A DNA stretch of 64,000 nucleotides from Azolla caroliniana (GCA_043228905.1 JBHGNT010000001.1:11222001-11286000); one strand, 5' to 3'; positions 12,701 through 27,003 are shown, numbered from the stretch's first letter. Numbers and translations are program-made. Notes: generated by a model from the letters alone, not told the origin.

Positions 12701-13234
12701 ACGTGCCGAACTTGAGGGGGAGAGACATCCCAGATGACCACGGAAGGGAGTAGGAAAGGAGCGGAAAAGACCGTAGCACCGAGTCGGATGACGAATTGGA
12801 TTTCGGATCGGCTGAAGAAGCCGAGCGCAGATCCGCGGAAGAGTCCGAAAGCGGATATAAGGGGAGCAACCGGAAGAAAGAGCCAAAGCCAACCAAGCAT
12901 GGGGGAGATGATGCCATCAAGGGTGAGAAGACCGAAGACAAGTTGGAGACAGCCAACTCAGACGAGAGCGAAAACCGATCGGAGGTAGCCGAGTTGGTTC
13001 GAGTGTTTGATTCGGATACATTGAATCAACCGAGGGCCAAGCGGAAAATAAGGCAGCAGGAGAAGCGCCAACACTGCGACAACAACGGAGCTGTGAAGGG
13101 CCGTACAGACCGGAAGGGTCAAAGCGCACGGAGTCGAAAAGGCCGAGGAGCGCGAGCGAGGCGTGGAGCCAGGAGGAACCGGAGCGGTGATCCGGAAGAT
13201 CTCGAAGAGCCTCAAGTTGAGCTTGAGGGGGATG

Positions 13235-13661
13235 TGTTGAGAGACAAGCTCAACATCGGCCGGATCGGTTGGGACTGATCGGTTAGGCCGGACCGGTGCT
13301 TAAAACAGATGCGTAAACCAGTACGCAAACCGGTGCATAGGAAGGCCGTATCGGTGCGTAAACCAAAAGGCCGTTAGAAAGATATTCGTCGTAAGGAATA
13401 GTTTTGGGAGTAAGAGTTGAGACTCATTTATGAGCAGTCAAGTACTGTCAGTACTTGTGTCAGCCCGATTGTCAGGGCTTGTATAAAAGTGCTCACTGAG
13501 CACATCCTATACATAGATTGAGCATTATTTTTGAATAAAGTTCTAGTGTTTACTCTCTCCCTGTCTCTCCCGTGCGTACTGTGCAAACCTAAGCTTTCCA
13601 TTAAACCTGCGTTTTCTGTTGTTCGGTTTTTCTATATTGCTTCCGCACGCCATTCTTTTCA
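13235..13661 (+). repeat. Copia B 3' LTR
   Basis: Follows PPT; TG...CA; followed by TSD AATAT; contains TATAAAA. Confidence 0.9.
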
Positions 13662-16600
13662 AATATATTTTGGGAGTTAGTGTAGAGCTCAGTTATGAGC
13701 ATTGAAGTACGTGTCAGTACTTGTGTTAGTTCGCATGGACTTGTATAAAAGTGCTCATTGAGCACATCCTATGTACAGATTGAGTATTATTATTTTGAGT
13801 AGAGTTGTGTGTATTGATTGTCTCTCCCTCTCTATCTCAGTCTCTCCCACGTACTATGTGAGTCCAATCTTTCCATTAAACTTGTGTTTTTTTCCTACGT
13901 TCGGTTTTTTGTTGCTTCCGCACGTTGTTCTTTTTATAGTTCGGTCTCGACTTTCTCTTGTTGCTCTCCCTCTTTTTCTCTACATGTTCTCTCCCTCAAG
14001 TGCAGCACATTGAGATGCAATAACCCAAGCATCTCTGAGAAGTGTTGCAACTTGACTAATTCGAGCACCTTGGTGAAGATGTCTGCCACCTGCTCATCGT
14101 GCCGGAGCTCAACTTCACCTCTCAAGACCCATTCACGCCCACACGTCTATGTGCTTCGTGCGAGCATGAAAAACAAGGTTCTTTGCCAGATGCATGCTAC
14201 TGATGTTGTTGCAGTAGATCCGAATCGGAGTAGGAACTTCGCCTCGTAAGTCCTGCAACACTCATCGGAGCCATATAGCCTCAGAAGTTGCGACGATGGC
14301 TCCTCCAGAGTCTATACTCAACCATAGTGCTCGACAGGGCCACTGTCAACTGCTTCTTACTGCTCCATGCTAGAACCGCGCTTCCAATGGAGAACATGAA
14401 ACCTAATGTCGGGTTGCGATCCGACGCATATCCGTCCTAGTTAGCATCCGTATAGCCGACTAATTGTTCGACTATACCGTGTCGGTACAGTAGTCCCCGA
14501 TCCTTTATGCCACTCACATATCTCAATAGCCGATGCACACACTGAAGATGGTCGACTGTCGGGCGTTGCATGAATTGTGTAATCACCTCGACTGGATAAC
14601 AAATTTCGGGTCGGGTGATAGTTAGATATATAAGGCTTCCGACAATTTGTCGGAACCGGGTCGCATTGCATGCTGCTCTTGAGTCGGGATGTAGCTTCAG
14701 GTTCCTATCAAGGGGAGTAGACACGGATCGGCAATCCGTCATACCGAACTTGTACAACATATTCAACACGTAGTGTCGTTGAGACAACAATATGTCTTCG
14801 GGGGTGTGGATCACTTCGATCCCAAGGAAATAGTGAAGGTTCCTTGGGTCCTTTATCGAATGTGTTCGACAGTTGGGACTTTACTTGGCCGATCTCAACA
14901 AGTTGGGGCCAATGACAGCCAAGTTGTCCACATACAATAGTATACACACCAAACCCTTCGGACCTTTCCGGATGAACAATGAGGAGTCGGATTTGGAGGC
15001 CGCAAACCCCATCTTATGCAACCGGTGCGTGATCTTCGAGTTCCAAGCACAGGGGGCTTGCTTGAGGTCGTAAATCGACTTCTTTGGTCGACATACTACC
15101 GTCTTGTTCAATGTTGACTGAAATCCGGGTGGTTGGACCATGTATACTTGTTCATCAAGATCTCGTTGAAGAAATGGGTTCTTGATGTCCATCTAGTGGA
15201 GATGCCACCCTCTTACCGTTGCTACCGCCAACACCACACGAACTATCGTCATCTTCGCCACCGGTGGGAAGATCTCGTCGTAGTCGATTCCGTGGGTCTG
15301 TGCATATCCCTTGACCACAAGACGGGCCTTGTACCGGTTGAACGAACCGTTGGTGTTGTATTTCCACCCACTTACATCTGATCGGTTTGCAATCCTGGGG
15401 AGGGTCAACCAGGTCCCATGTGTCGTTGGCATCAAGTGCTCACATTTCTTCCTCCATTGATGAACACCATTTGGCATCCTATGATGCCTCTACATAGCTC
15501 TCTGGCTCGCGGACTTCCACTACCTTCATCATGTGCGCGTAATAGTGCGTCATGTACTCGTTATAACTGCACCGTATCACTGGTTTCTTGCGGTGTATCG
15601 ATTGACAGAGCTTCTCATTCACTGATTATAGGGCCTTCTTGGCCACTTCCGACCTCAACTCTTGAGGTCCGTCTTCGCTCCGATTGTTGTTGGATTCTCT
15701 TGGATTCAACTCTACTTTTTCTGTGTCGTACTTTGGCATCTTCATTTTCCCTTTTTCTTTGCGCATAAACCGTCTCCTCGGTTCCTTGCGCGAGGAGTAC
15801 ACAGTCGAGTTGTCACTATTCACCGGCTTTTTGTTCGACTGGTCATTCCCACTCAATCCCTCATTCGTCTCGCTTAGCCGGAATGAGATCAGACTCTCTT
15901 CCAGAGTGCCGAAAACTTCTTCCTCATCTCGGATCATCTCGGCTTCACTGGCCTCGTCCTCAGTAATGGAGTGGTCAGAGTTGTCAGGGTCAAAGTCGGA
16001 AGAGTATACTAGGATGCAGACTTGTGAAACACAACATCTCAGTTTACTCATACTTGTTTGGTATGGGGGGTTATAACACTGATACCCCTTTTGTTCATGT
16101 GAGTAGCCGACCAATATGCACTTTTCCGATTTCGTTTCCAGCTTCTTCCTCTTCTCATCCGGCACATGCACAATGCTACTAAATACCCTCAGGTATCTCA
16201 AGTTCGGCTTCCACCCGAAATACAACTTGTGTGCCGACACCTTTTATCCGATCCGATTTTGGATGTAGACTGCGGTTCGAACCGCTTTGGCCCAACCAAA
16301 CTTGGGCATGCTCTTCTCCTCCAGCATTGCCCATGCCGCTTCCACAATTGACCAAATTTTCCTCTCAGCTAAGCCATTTTATTCCGACGTATATCTACAA
16401 CTAAATTCTCGCATATGTTGTAGATAACCGTTGAATTGGCCGGAAAAGTATTCCTTTCCACCATCCGACCGCATGCACTTGATCTTTCTCTCTGTTTCCC
16501 TTTTAACAAGACTCTTCAGGTTCCGGAAATAGTCGAAGACTTCGCTTTTCTTCTCTATGAGATAGATCTAGGTGTGCCGGCTATAATCGTCGATGAAGGA

Positions 16601-17024
16601 GACGAAGTATCGACTCCCACCTAGGCTCACGTTCTGTGTTGCTCCCCATATGTCCGAATGGATAAAGTCGAGCTTGTTGCAGCTCTGATTATGCTCGTTG
16701 GGGAATGGAAGTCGGTGTTACTTCCATAGATGATAGGCTTCACAAATTTGGGCCTTCCGGCCACTAAACTTCGGCAAACCGAACACAACTTGTTTCATTT
16801 GCAATTCTTGAAGCCTTTGGTAGTTGATGCGGCCAATCCGCTTGTGTCACAAGTCGATATCCGAATCGACTATTTTGCCTTTACCAAACAATGTGATGCC
16901 AACGTCATTTGTGTCAAGGATGAACATCCTCTCTTCCCAACGCCCTTGGTGATGATCTGAGCTTCTTCTCCAATGAAGCACCCAATGTGGGTGAACTGGA
17001 CCTACATCCCATGGTCGACGATTT

Positions 17025-20000
17025 TGTTGGGTATGTGAGGAAGAGTGGGAAACACACAAGAAGCTCAAAGAAAGAAGCACTCACACAAGGAAGGCAATGG
17101 CTGGAATAGCTCTCTATTGATGAATGTGCCTAAAAAAAAAATAGGAGCTGAAATATATATCCCTAAGTACTAAGTACCACCACATATGAGTGACTCATGT
17201 ATGTGGTAACATGGGGAAAAAACCTCTAGCCAGCACTAGAGTAAAAAGTGCCCATGTATAGGGAAAATGGTTCACATCAAAGCTACTAGAGGAACACGCA
17301 AGTGTAACAAACCCCCCTGGAGCGAATGATGTGAACATGTACAAGGAGTGACAGATCAGCCCCCACAAGGCAATAAGCCTAAAGCTTTGCGAAAAGCTTC
17401 AAACTTTTCTCGTGGAAGAGCTTTGGTGAATATGTCTGCCACGTTATCTTGTGTAGGCACATATACCAAATCAATATCTCCTGCATGAAAGCGCTCTCTC
17501 ACATAGTGATAATGCACCTCAATGTGTTTGGTCCGTGCATGAAATACAGGATTTCGTGCAACAGCCAATGCACTCTGACTATCTGTGAGAATACGTGTAG
17601 CAACTTCAATCTCCATGCAAAGATCCATCAAAAGGCGTCTTAGCCATATACACTCCACTGTAGCTGTGAAAACTGCCCTGTACTCAGCTTCACAACTTGA
17701 TGTCGCCACTGTAGGTTGCTTTTTACTCAACCAAGATATACATGAGTTTCCAAAGAAAAAGCAATTACCACTAGTGGACACGCGAGTATCATAACAACCA
17801 GCCCAATCACTATCTGTAAAAGCATGCAAGCATGGCTGAGTATCTCTGCCATAAAAGAGACCCAAGCTCAAAGTGCCTCTAAGATATCTGAACACACGTT
17901 TCACTGCTTGCCAATGCTTAGTGCCAGGGCTATGCATGAATCGACTCAATTGGGAGACTGCATACTGTATATCCGGCCTTGTATTGCATGCATATATAAG
18001 ACATCCCACAGCTTGTTGATAAAGAGAAGTATCAAACGCATCACTAGAATCCTCAACAGAGAACCTAAATCCTGTCTCCACAGGTGTATAAACCGGCTTG
18101 CAATCCTCAAAGTCAAAACGCTGAAGTAGTTTTTCAACATACTTTCCTTGATGCATAAACATTCCCCCCTCAACGGATACAAACTGGATGCCAAGATAGT
18201 AGCTCAAAAGACCAAGATAAGTGACTTCAAAAGTATGCTGCAAATCAGCCATAAGAAAATCGAGTTTTGCATCACATGACCCAGTCAAGAGTATGTCATC
18301 AACATAAAGAACGAGCACTAGAAGATCAGCCCCATCTTTGCGTACATAAAGTGTGCTTTCAATCGGACTACATGTGAAGCCAAGAGAAATCAAGTGCTTA
18401 TGGATTTTTTCATACCATGCACGCGGAGCTTGCTTTAGACCATACAAGGCCTTATGCAAGCGACAAACCATATGCTCTTTCTCTTCTTGCAAATCCAGGA
18501 GGTTGCTTCACATAAACCTCTTCTTGCAAATCACCATTTAAAAAGGCTGTTTTTATGTCCAATTGATGCATTTTCCAACCTCTTTGGGCAGCCAATGCAA
18601 CCACGGTACGAATGGTAGTCATGCGTGAAGTAGGTGCAAAAGTTTCCTCATAATCAATGCCATATTGTTGGGCATATCCTTTGGCAACCAATCTAGCTTT
18701 GTAGCGATCAATACTACCATCGGGCTTTCGTTTAATCTTGTAAACCCACCTAGTACCAATCACCTTCTTTCCTTTTGGCAATTCACATAACTCCCAAGTA
18801 CCATTTTTATGAATGGAATACATTTCTGATTGCATAGCACTCATCCAATGTGGATCATCACATGCATCTTCAAAAGTAAGTGGCTCCTCATTACATGCTA
18901 TTGCAACAATAGAATAATCCACAAAATTACCTGATGCATGGCGAGAGCTTGATCTTGTTTTACCAAGTAAAGGTGCACTCAATTTGCTATCTTGCAAAGT
19001 TTGTTTCAGCCACCTCGGCATAGTTTGTGACCTCTCGATAGCCATACGTTCATTATGTAATACATCTTCAATATGTACATCATGCGTGGGCTGAATTTCA
19101 TGCTCATTTTCAGCCACATTTGGTTGGACATTTCGTGCATTTTCAACACTTATTTGCTGGAAATTTTTATCCCTTTGAGACTCACTTGGCTGGTCTACAT
19201 GTCCATGGTCAAGCGCAGCACTTTGGAACAAAGGCATGAGTGTATCAAACACATCTTGTGAGCTAACTGTTGGTTGTTTTTTGCATTCAAGAAAAGGGAA
19301 AGCTGAATTTTCAGCAAATACCACATCTCGACTCACAATAATTGTGTCCGTCAATGGATGATACAAACGATATCCCTTACTTTCCGCACTATAACCAACA
19401 AATATGCATTTCTTTGCCTTGTCATCAAGTTTGTGACGTTGTTGTGATGGCACAAGAGCATATGCCAAACAACCGAACACACGCATATGACTAACCATAG
19501 GTTTATGTCCATTCCAAGCCTCATATGGCGTAATGACTCTCAACGCTTTTGTAGGGCAACGATTCAACACATAATTTGCACACATAACCGCTTCCATCCA
19601 AAACTTGTTAGGAAGATGCTTTCCTTTAACCATACATCGTGCCATCTCTAAGAGTGTTCTATTTTTGCGTTCTGCAACACCATTTTGTTGAGGTGTATAT
19701 GGCACCGTACATTGATGTAAAATACCTCTTTCACAAAGAAAAGCATTAAACTCATGTGACATATATTCGCCACCACGATCCGTGCGTAGAGTCAAGAGCT
19801 TATTTGCGGAAAAATTTTCAGCCATAGCTAAAAATGATTTGAAGCAAGAAAAGACTTCATTCTTTGCTTTCATAGGATACACCCATGTATGACGAGTAGC
19901 ATCATCAATGAAGGTAACAAAATATACATGCTTTCCAAAAGATGGAGTCTTTACAGGACCACACACATCACTATGAACAAGTTGTAATTTTCTTGTAGTG

Positions 20001-22196
20001 TGTGTATGACTATCTTTTGGAAAAGAAGCACGATGCATTTTTCCAAGAATGCAACCTTCACATGCATGTTTTTCAATGGACTCAAGTGTAGGCAACCCAA
20101 TAACCATATCCTTCTTTTGCAAGTGAAGCAAACTATTGAAGTTCAAGTGACCAAAACGAGCATGCCAAAGCTCCATTTCAGCCATGGAAGAAGTATGTAC
20201 AGCCAAGGCATTTAGAGAAGCCCTCTTGTATGTATCTAAACGGTACAAGCCATTGCATAATGTACCGGACATCACGATAACATCACCATTGCTATAATCG
20301 TGAACCATGCACTTATCATCAACAAAATGTACATGAAGTCCGGCTTTGGCAATCAAAGGAACCGAAATTAAGTTCTTCTTGATACCGGGCACATACAATA
20401 CATTCTTTAAGATGACAACACCTCCATTTGCAGCCGAAAGCTCAATTTCTCCTACTCCAATGATAGGATAAGAGGCATTGTTTGCACACACCACATGTCC
20501 ACCTTTGGGTGCATCTTTCAAGGATGCAAAAAAACTTTTGCATGAAGTAATGTGCTTTGAAGCACCACTATCAAAGAACCAATCCGAATCAATCTCACTT
20601 ACAACCATACATTTAGAGTGCAATGATGCATCATAATGATATGTAACAACACATGCCCAATAATCTTGAGCCATGTTGGCCTCGTCACTCTTTGCACTTG
20701 AAACATTTTCAGAAATGGTCATGCCGGATTCCTTCTTCTTCTCATTGCGCTTAACAAGCTTTCTACATTCTTCAATCGTATGGCCAACCTTTCGACAATA
20801 TTTGCATTTTTTCTTCTTTTGCAAATCACCATCATTAGAGGAATAAGTGAAAGAGGGAGGTTGAGGCTTTGGTTTTGAAGAACCAAAAGCTGAACCATGC
20901 TTGCCTTTTCCTTTTTGTGAGATAGCAAGTGCTTGTGTTCCCTCCATCAAACCACTTCTATTCACTCTAGATTGTTCTTCTTGCAGAAGAAGAGACACAA
21001 CCTCATCAAATGCGTACATATCCGTATTCCCTTTTGCAACCAAACGAATAGTAGTAGCAAAGCTTTGAAAAGATTCGGGTAATCCTTTCAACAACGTAGA
21101 GACAAGTGATGTATTCGAAATGATCTCATCAATGTTTGCCAATTGCTCTTTCAAATCTTTAATGCGTGTCACATACACATCTACCGACTCATTTTCAGCC
21201 ATATATACATCCTCAAGTTGCTTTCTCAAATATGCAACACGTGCTTCGTTACGCACGGCATACAACGAAGCAAGAGTGTCCCATGCTTGTTTGGACGTAG
21301 AGCATGACCGAATATGTGGAACTATATGACGCTTCACAGAAAGTGCAATCAATGCATGAGCTTGAGCATCTTTTCCATCCCATCTAAGTTGCTCTTGTGT
21401 TGGTGGAGTAGATGAAGTCACTGTGCTCGAAGATGAACCTGTATCTGTGATAGTAGACTGTGAAGTAGTAGGACCGGCGGGGCGTCGATCTACATCTACC
21501 ACTATGTTCCATAGTTGTTTGGCAACAAGAACGTGTTTCATCATGTAGGACCACATTGGATAGTTTGTCCCATCAAGCTTATCTTCAGCTTGAAGCATGC
21601 TAAACAAATCACCATTGTTTGCCATTTTACCAAAGAACAAGAAAGTGGTAAAATATTACCTCAACAAATCGGAAATGAGTGCTGAAAATGCAGCTCACAA
21701 ACTATCACTAGGATGACGATTTCGACTACACGAACGGCTTCGAAATGGGGGTAAAACAGCAGGGTACCTGCTGAAAATGCGCTCCAAGTGCTGAAATACA
21801 CTTACTCTATATTCGGAAGTTGATTTGCACAATGAAAAGTGCGCGCGCGCCGCGACACCGCGATGCGGACAACCGAAGATGGAGAGGATGAAGAACTTGG
21901 CTCTGATACCACTGTTGGGTATGTGAGGAAGAGTGGGAAACACACAAGAAGCTCAAAGAAAGAAGCACTCACACAAGGAAGGCAATGGCTGGAATAGCTC
22001 TCTATTGATGAATGTGCCTAAAAAAAAATAGGAGCTGAAATATATATCCCTAAGTACTAAGTACCACCACATATGAGTGACTCATGTATGTGGTAACATG
22101 GGGAAAAAACCTCTAGCCAGCACTAGAGTAAAAAGTGCCCATGTATAGGGAAAATGGTTCACATCAAAGCTACTAGAGGAACACGCAAGTGTAACA
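17025..22196 (-). mobile_element. Copia F: young AT-richer element inside C, TSD GATTT
   Basis: TSD at 17020-17024 and 22197-22201; LTRs 17025-17309 and 21913-22196 differ by one A in a poly-A run; iMet PBS 21899-21911; PPT 17310-17318. Confidence 0.95.
17356..21625 (-). pseudogene. Copia F gag-pol with a single frameshift in RT near 18490
   Basis: ORFs 18452-21640 and 17356-18492 overlap at QPPGF / QEEKEHMVCRL; DSGAS, integrase DDE, YVDD and TDSDW present. Confidence 0.9.
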
Positions 22197-23516
22197 GATT
22201 TGTCCGAACAACACCAAGTTCTTCGTGATCATCATGACATGCAATATGTTCATAAGTCTCCCCTTTTGTCCGACATGAATCAGGGGGACTTCGCCGGCAT
22301 GTTCGATTGGATGCACGGTGTCATCACCGGTTTCAATTACTCCTGGTTGGTCCAGTTTCTCCAAGTATGAGAACCACTCTTCGTGGCTCATCATATGATT
22401 CGACGTTCCAGAGTAAATCTACCACACCTCATTTGTTTTCAAGTTGCTCTTCTTCATCGACTTTGCCTTGTGCTTCATTACAAAGGTTGGGCCCTTCCCG
22501 GTTTTGGGTCCTTCCGACCCTTCAACGTAGTGCGAACATTGCCAACTTCCTTGTTCGGTTTTGCCGGATCCGGATTTTTCTGAATCTGCCTTCTTCTTCC
22601 AACACTCGCTTTTCGGTGACCCTTTCAGCCACAACACCAACATTCCATCTCGGCTTTCCCTTGCCGATTTCCGACATTGCCTTGACTTAGCCTTCTCGTG
22701 GAAGGCCCAGAACTGTTGTCGGCATGTTGATTATGCGTTTGATTCTGCTCTTGTCGGCCACTACCATTGCGTGCCTAACCACCATGTCCTCCACATCCAC
22801 ATGGCTTTATCTGCCTCCATGTACAACATCCGGATTTCAGATTGCGTGCTCCTTAACGCACCCACATGGTTTTCTTCGACCAAAAGCATTGATTGTAGGT
22901 CAAAAAATGACGGTGGCTTCTCCCGTGTGCAAATAGCTGTCTCGATTGGCCCGTACCTTTGCGTTAGACCACCAAGGCATATTTGCACCATTTCATCCTC
23001 ACCCACCGTCATGTTGATGGACCCTAAGGCATCATAGATCTCCTTGATCTTCGTGGTATAGTCAGTCACTGACAACTGTCATATCCCTTTGTCAGATACT
23101 GTTGAGCTCTTGCTGAAGTTGCAACTTCTGGGCTGTGATACTTGTGGCGAAAATCCTTTTTAGATTTTCCCAGGCTTCCTTTAGCATCTTCGCATCCCAA
23201 ATGTAGCTGAGCATCTGGTCGTGCACGCAGGATGCAAGGCAGTACAAGACTCGCCTTGCTGCTTGCTCCCACACCAGAAAATCCTTGTGTGCCGAATCCG
23301 GCTCTACTTCGTTCACTCCTTCCACATAACTCCAGTAGCCATGTCGTAACAAGTATTGGTGCATATTGTAGGACCAAGATGCGTAGTTACTCCTATCAAG
23401 CTTATTCCTCTATCCATTTTCTTCTTCTTTTTTGTTCTCAACCGGGTGTTAAGGTTTGTCTATGTTTGAGTGTTTGTCGGCAACAGAGGATTCTCAACCC
23501 TCGCACTCTGATACCA

Positions 23517-23943
23517 TGAAAAGAGTAACGTGCGGAAGCTACACAGACACTACCGACTCTATCGTACAACAACAGAGAATGGTAAACATAGAGAACAATG
23601 GTGAGTGAGAACTCGAGAGAGACAAAGAGTGAAGAACACCTAAAATTAATTTCAGAATAATACTCTATACATACAATGTGCTCAGAGCGCACTTTTATAC
23701 AAGTCCTTAAAAGGACTAACATGTACTTCAATACTCATAACTGAGCGACTGACACAAACCCCAAAAAATATGCCTATCTACTAGGCTAGGATCGTAGGCC
23801 TCTAACAACCTACCGGCTCACATGGACTTGGCTCTCCAATCCGGTTCACTGATCCAATCCGGGCCTAGCTGATCGGTCTTCATCCGATTTGGCTCTCGGC
23901 TTGTTCAACAAATCTGGCCCACGTTGAGCTTGCTCACTCAACA
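23517..23943 (-). repeat. Copia C 5' LTR
   Basis: Reverse complement begins TGTTGAGTGAGCAAGCTCAAC, like the A/B LTRs; next to the PBS. Confidence 0.85.
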
Positions 23944-26320
23944 TGTGGAAAGAGAAATAGGGAGAAAACTTAAATGTATCTGTGTGGATAACGGGGGTGA
24001 GTACCGAGGACAATTTGAACAATATTGTCATGAGCATGGGATCGGGCTTGAGAGGAGTTTTCCCAAAACACCTCATCACAATGGTGTGGTTGAGAGGATG
24101 AATAGGATAATTTGTGAGTGGATAAGATGTATGTTATCCTACTCAAAATTGCCTAAACCTTTTTGGGGTGAAGCAATGAGGACTGTCGTTTACCTCATAA
24201 ATCTATCCCCATCAGTCCCTTGGATGGTGATGTACCCGAGAGGGTGTGGATAGGTAAGGAGGTGTCATACAAACACTTAAGAGTGTTTGGTTGCAAGACT
24301 TATGTCCACGTCCCAAAAGATGAAAGATCCAAGCTTGATGAAAAATGCAAACCTTGCATATTTTTAGGATACGGCCATGAGGAATTCAGCTATAGACTTT
24401 ATGATCCAGTAGAGAAGGACATTAGAAACAGGGATGTGGTATTCCTTGAGGATCAGTTGGAGCCGAAGGAGATGCCAAAGTTCACCCCTGATTCTAGGGT
24501 CACCAACAATCCAACTCTTGCCTAGGACACTCAAGGTAACAGGGCAGACGTAGAGCAATATCAGGATATAGTCGATGATGCAGTTGATGATGCTCCTGAT
24601 GAGGACGATGTACAAGATCATGATCATCAAACCCTAGGTGACTAGATTGATGGTGTTTCAGTAGCTCCACCTGAAGTGGAAGGGGTGAGAAGGTCTATAA
24701 GACAAAGACGACCTTCAACTAGATACAATCCACATGAGTATGTGTTGCTTACATATGGAGGAGAGCCACAAAGCTTTCGAGAAGCTATGGCACATGATCA
24801 TAAGGAGAAATGGCTTGAGGCCATGAATGATGAGATGAGGTCTTTGCAAGACAATCGTACTTATGATATGATAAAGTTTCCTACGAGAAAGAGAGAACTG
24901 AAAAACAAATGGATTTTTCAGGCTCAAAGTTGAGGAACATTGCTCACAACCAAGATACGAGGCAAGATTGGTTGTGAAGGGGTTCAGCAAGAAAAAGGGC
25001 ATTGATTTTGAGGATATTTTCTCACCAGTAGTAAAGATGAACTCTATTAGAGTTGTGTTTGGGATCGCAGCCAGTCTCAATCTAGAAATCAAACAAGTCA
25101 ATGTGAAAACTACCTTCCTTCATGTTGAGTTCGAAGAGGAAATCTACATGGAGCCACCCAAGGGATTTGGAGTCAAAGGAAAGGAAAACTTGGTATGCAG
25201 GTTAAAGAAGAGCTTATATGGCCTAAAACAAGCTCCTAGACTTTGGTATAAAAAGTTTGACTCCTTCATGCTGAACCAAGGGTATAATAGGACAAACACA
25301 GATCATAGTGTGTTTGTTAAGAAATTCTCAGATAATGACTTTGTTAATCTGCTTCTATATGTAGATGATATGTTGATTGGTGGTTGAGACACCAACAAGA
25401 TTGAGAAGATGAAAAGAGAGCTCAGTCAAACTTTTACTATGAAAAACTTGGGACCAGGTAAACAAATCCTTGGGATGAAGATAACCAGGGATAAAGTGAG
25501 CAAACGGTTGTGGCTATCTCAAGAATTGTATATTGAGAAAGTTCTTCAGAGATTTAACATGGCCAAGTGTAAGCTGGTTAACACTCCACTCGCGGCCCAC
25601 TTTAAACTCAGTTCAGCTCAATGCCCTACGAGTGATAAAGAGCAAGAGAGGATGAAACAAATACCATATGCATCTGCAGTCGGCAGTTTAATGTATGTTA
25701 TGGTATGCACGAGGCCAGACATTGCTCATGCTGTCGATGTAATGAGCCGTTTTTACTTGAACCCTGGCAAAGATCACTGGGAAGCAGTGAAATGGATTCT
25801 GAGATATCTAAGAGGTACCACTAGAGTTTGTCTAAAATTTGCTGAAAACCAAATTGTGTTAGATGGGTATACAAATACAGATATGGCTGGTGATATAGAC
25901 TCCATACAATCTACATCAGGGTACCTAATGACCTTTGTAGGGGGGAGCGGTCTCTTGGCAGTCGAGACTGAATATATTGTCCACAATAGAGGCTGAATAT
26001 ATTGATGCCACAAAAGCCAATAAGGAATTGCTATGGCGAAAGAAATTCCTACAAAAGTTGGGGCTGATGCAAGAAAAGTACATTTTGTATTGTGACAACT
26101 AAAGTGCTATACATTTAAGCAAGAATTATTCCTTTCATTCTCAGTCAAAACACATAGATGTTAGATACCATTATGTTAGAGATGTGCTTGAAGAAAAGCA
26201 GATGCACATTAAAAAGATCCACACCAATGAGAATGGCTCTGACATGATGACAAAATGTTTGTCAAGGGAGAAGCTCGAAGTTTGCAAACAAAAGGCAAAC
26301 CTAGTTGCCCCCCCCACGTT
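23944..26320 (+). pseudogene. Copia D integrase-RT-RNase H
   Basis: VDNGGEY, NGVVERMNR, LYGLKQAPR, YVDDML, YASAVGSLMY; many stops. Confidence 0.9.
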
Positions 26321-26509
26321 AGATGGAGGGGGAGAATTGTTGAGTCTATCCACTTAAGTGGATCCCACGACATGGAGTCGGCTGATAGTTGGCTATTGAC
26401 TTAGTGCCGAATCGGCTCAACCTCAGCTAAAAAGTGAAAATAGTTATAATTATTTTTTTAACTATATACATACATACATATATGTTAATAATTAGATGAT
26501 TAACTGAGG

Positions 26510-27003
26510 TATAAAAGGAGGGAGAGAAGATTGAGAGAGGGATCCACCATTTTGGAGAATGAAGTGATGTCAGTTTGAGTTCTGAGCTTTGTTGTTTCCT
26601 CCGTCTTTGTGTTGATTTCGGGAAGAAGGTGGAGTTCTCTGCTCGCGTAGGAAGCCCGTGTGCTACCGACTAGAGGCCCATCATTCTGTGTTCGTGCGTG
26701 TGCGTGTAGAGTCCAATGCTCTGTTGCCAGCCGCGTCTGGTTGTACTCTTTCTGTTTCTTTATTAAACATTATTTTTGTTGTGTCTCCTCGGTGCTCTTA
26801 TCTCTGCGTTGATCCTATTTGAGCATGAGCTTGTGAGCTCTTCGCCGCTATCAGGCAACCGGTCCGGAACAATATATGTCTCTCAGCCTATGTGCTCACC
26901 CTTCGGCGTCCGGGGATCAATCTGGATCGAACACGCGTCTGGAAACCGATCCAACGAAGTTATCTGGAAACCAATCCGGACAACCTTTCTTCTCTCGCCG
27001 GCT
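26510..27003 (+). repeat. Gypsy LTR fragment, diverged inverted copy of part of K's LTR (about 30720-31242)
   Basis: Collinear with the reverse complement of K LTR from ATAAAAGGAG...GGATCCACC to GGACAACCTTTCTTCTCTC, with substitutions and two small deletions. Confidence 0.88.

Larger units (their letters stand above)
2962..12753 (+). pseudogene. Copia B gag-pol, many stops/frameshifts, interrupted by E1
   Basis: Gag, zinc knuckle CWYCGKKGHRESEC, protease WYVDSGASNHM, integrase HSDVWGP / NGVAERKNR, RT and RNase H motifs across ORF fragments. Confidence 0.9.
2605..13661 (+). mobile_element. Copia B: full-length degraded element, same family as A, TSD AATAT
   Basis: TSD at 2600-2604 and 13662-13666; LTRs 2605-2879 and 13235-13661; PBS 2880-2891; PPT about 13225-13232; order gag-PR-INT-RT-RH. 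Confidence 0.92.
1..13936 (+). mobile_element. Copia A: degraded Ty1/Copia, 3' part only; its 3' LTR is split by two insertions
   Basis: RT ([15 protein letters not shown]) and RNase H motifs in 17-1162; PPT at about 1413-1421; LTR starts TGTTGAG at 1422 and runs as 1422-1538, 2529-2604 and 13667-13936, collinear with Copia B's 3' LTR. Confidence 0.85.
13937..23943 (-). mobile_element. Copia C: older degraded relative of A/B; 3' end lies left of the window
   Basis: 5' LTR 23517-23943, iMet PBS 23506-23516, gag MHQYLLRHGYWSYV similar to B, INT/RT/RH fragments down to about 14000. Confidence 0.85.

Noticed and set aside
18452-18500. Programmed frameshift in Copia F RT
   Set aside because: Mid-domain, no clear slippery heptamer, and not repeated in another copy, unlike H/K.
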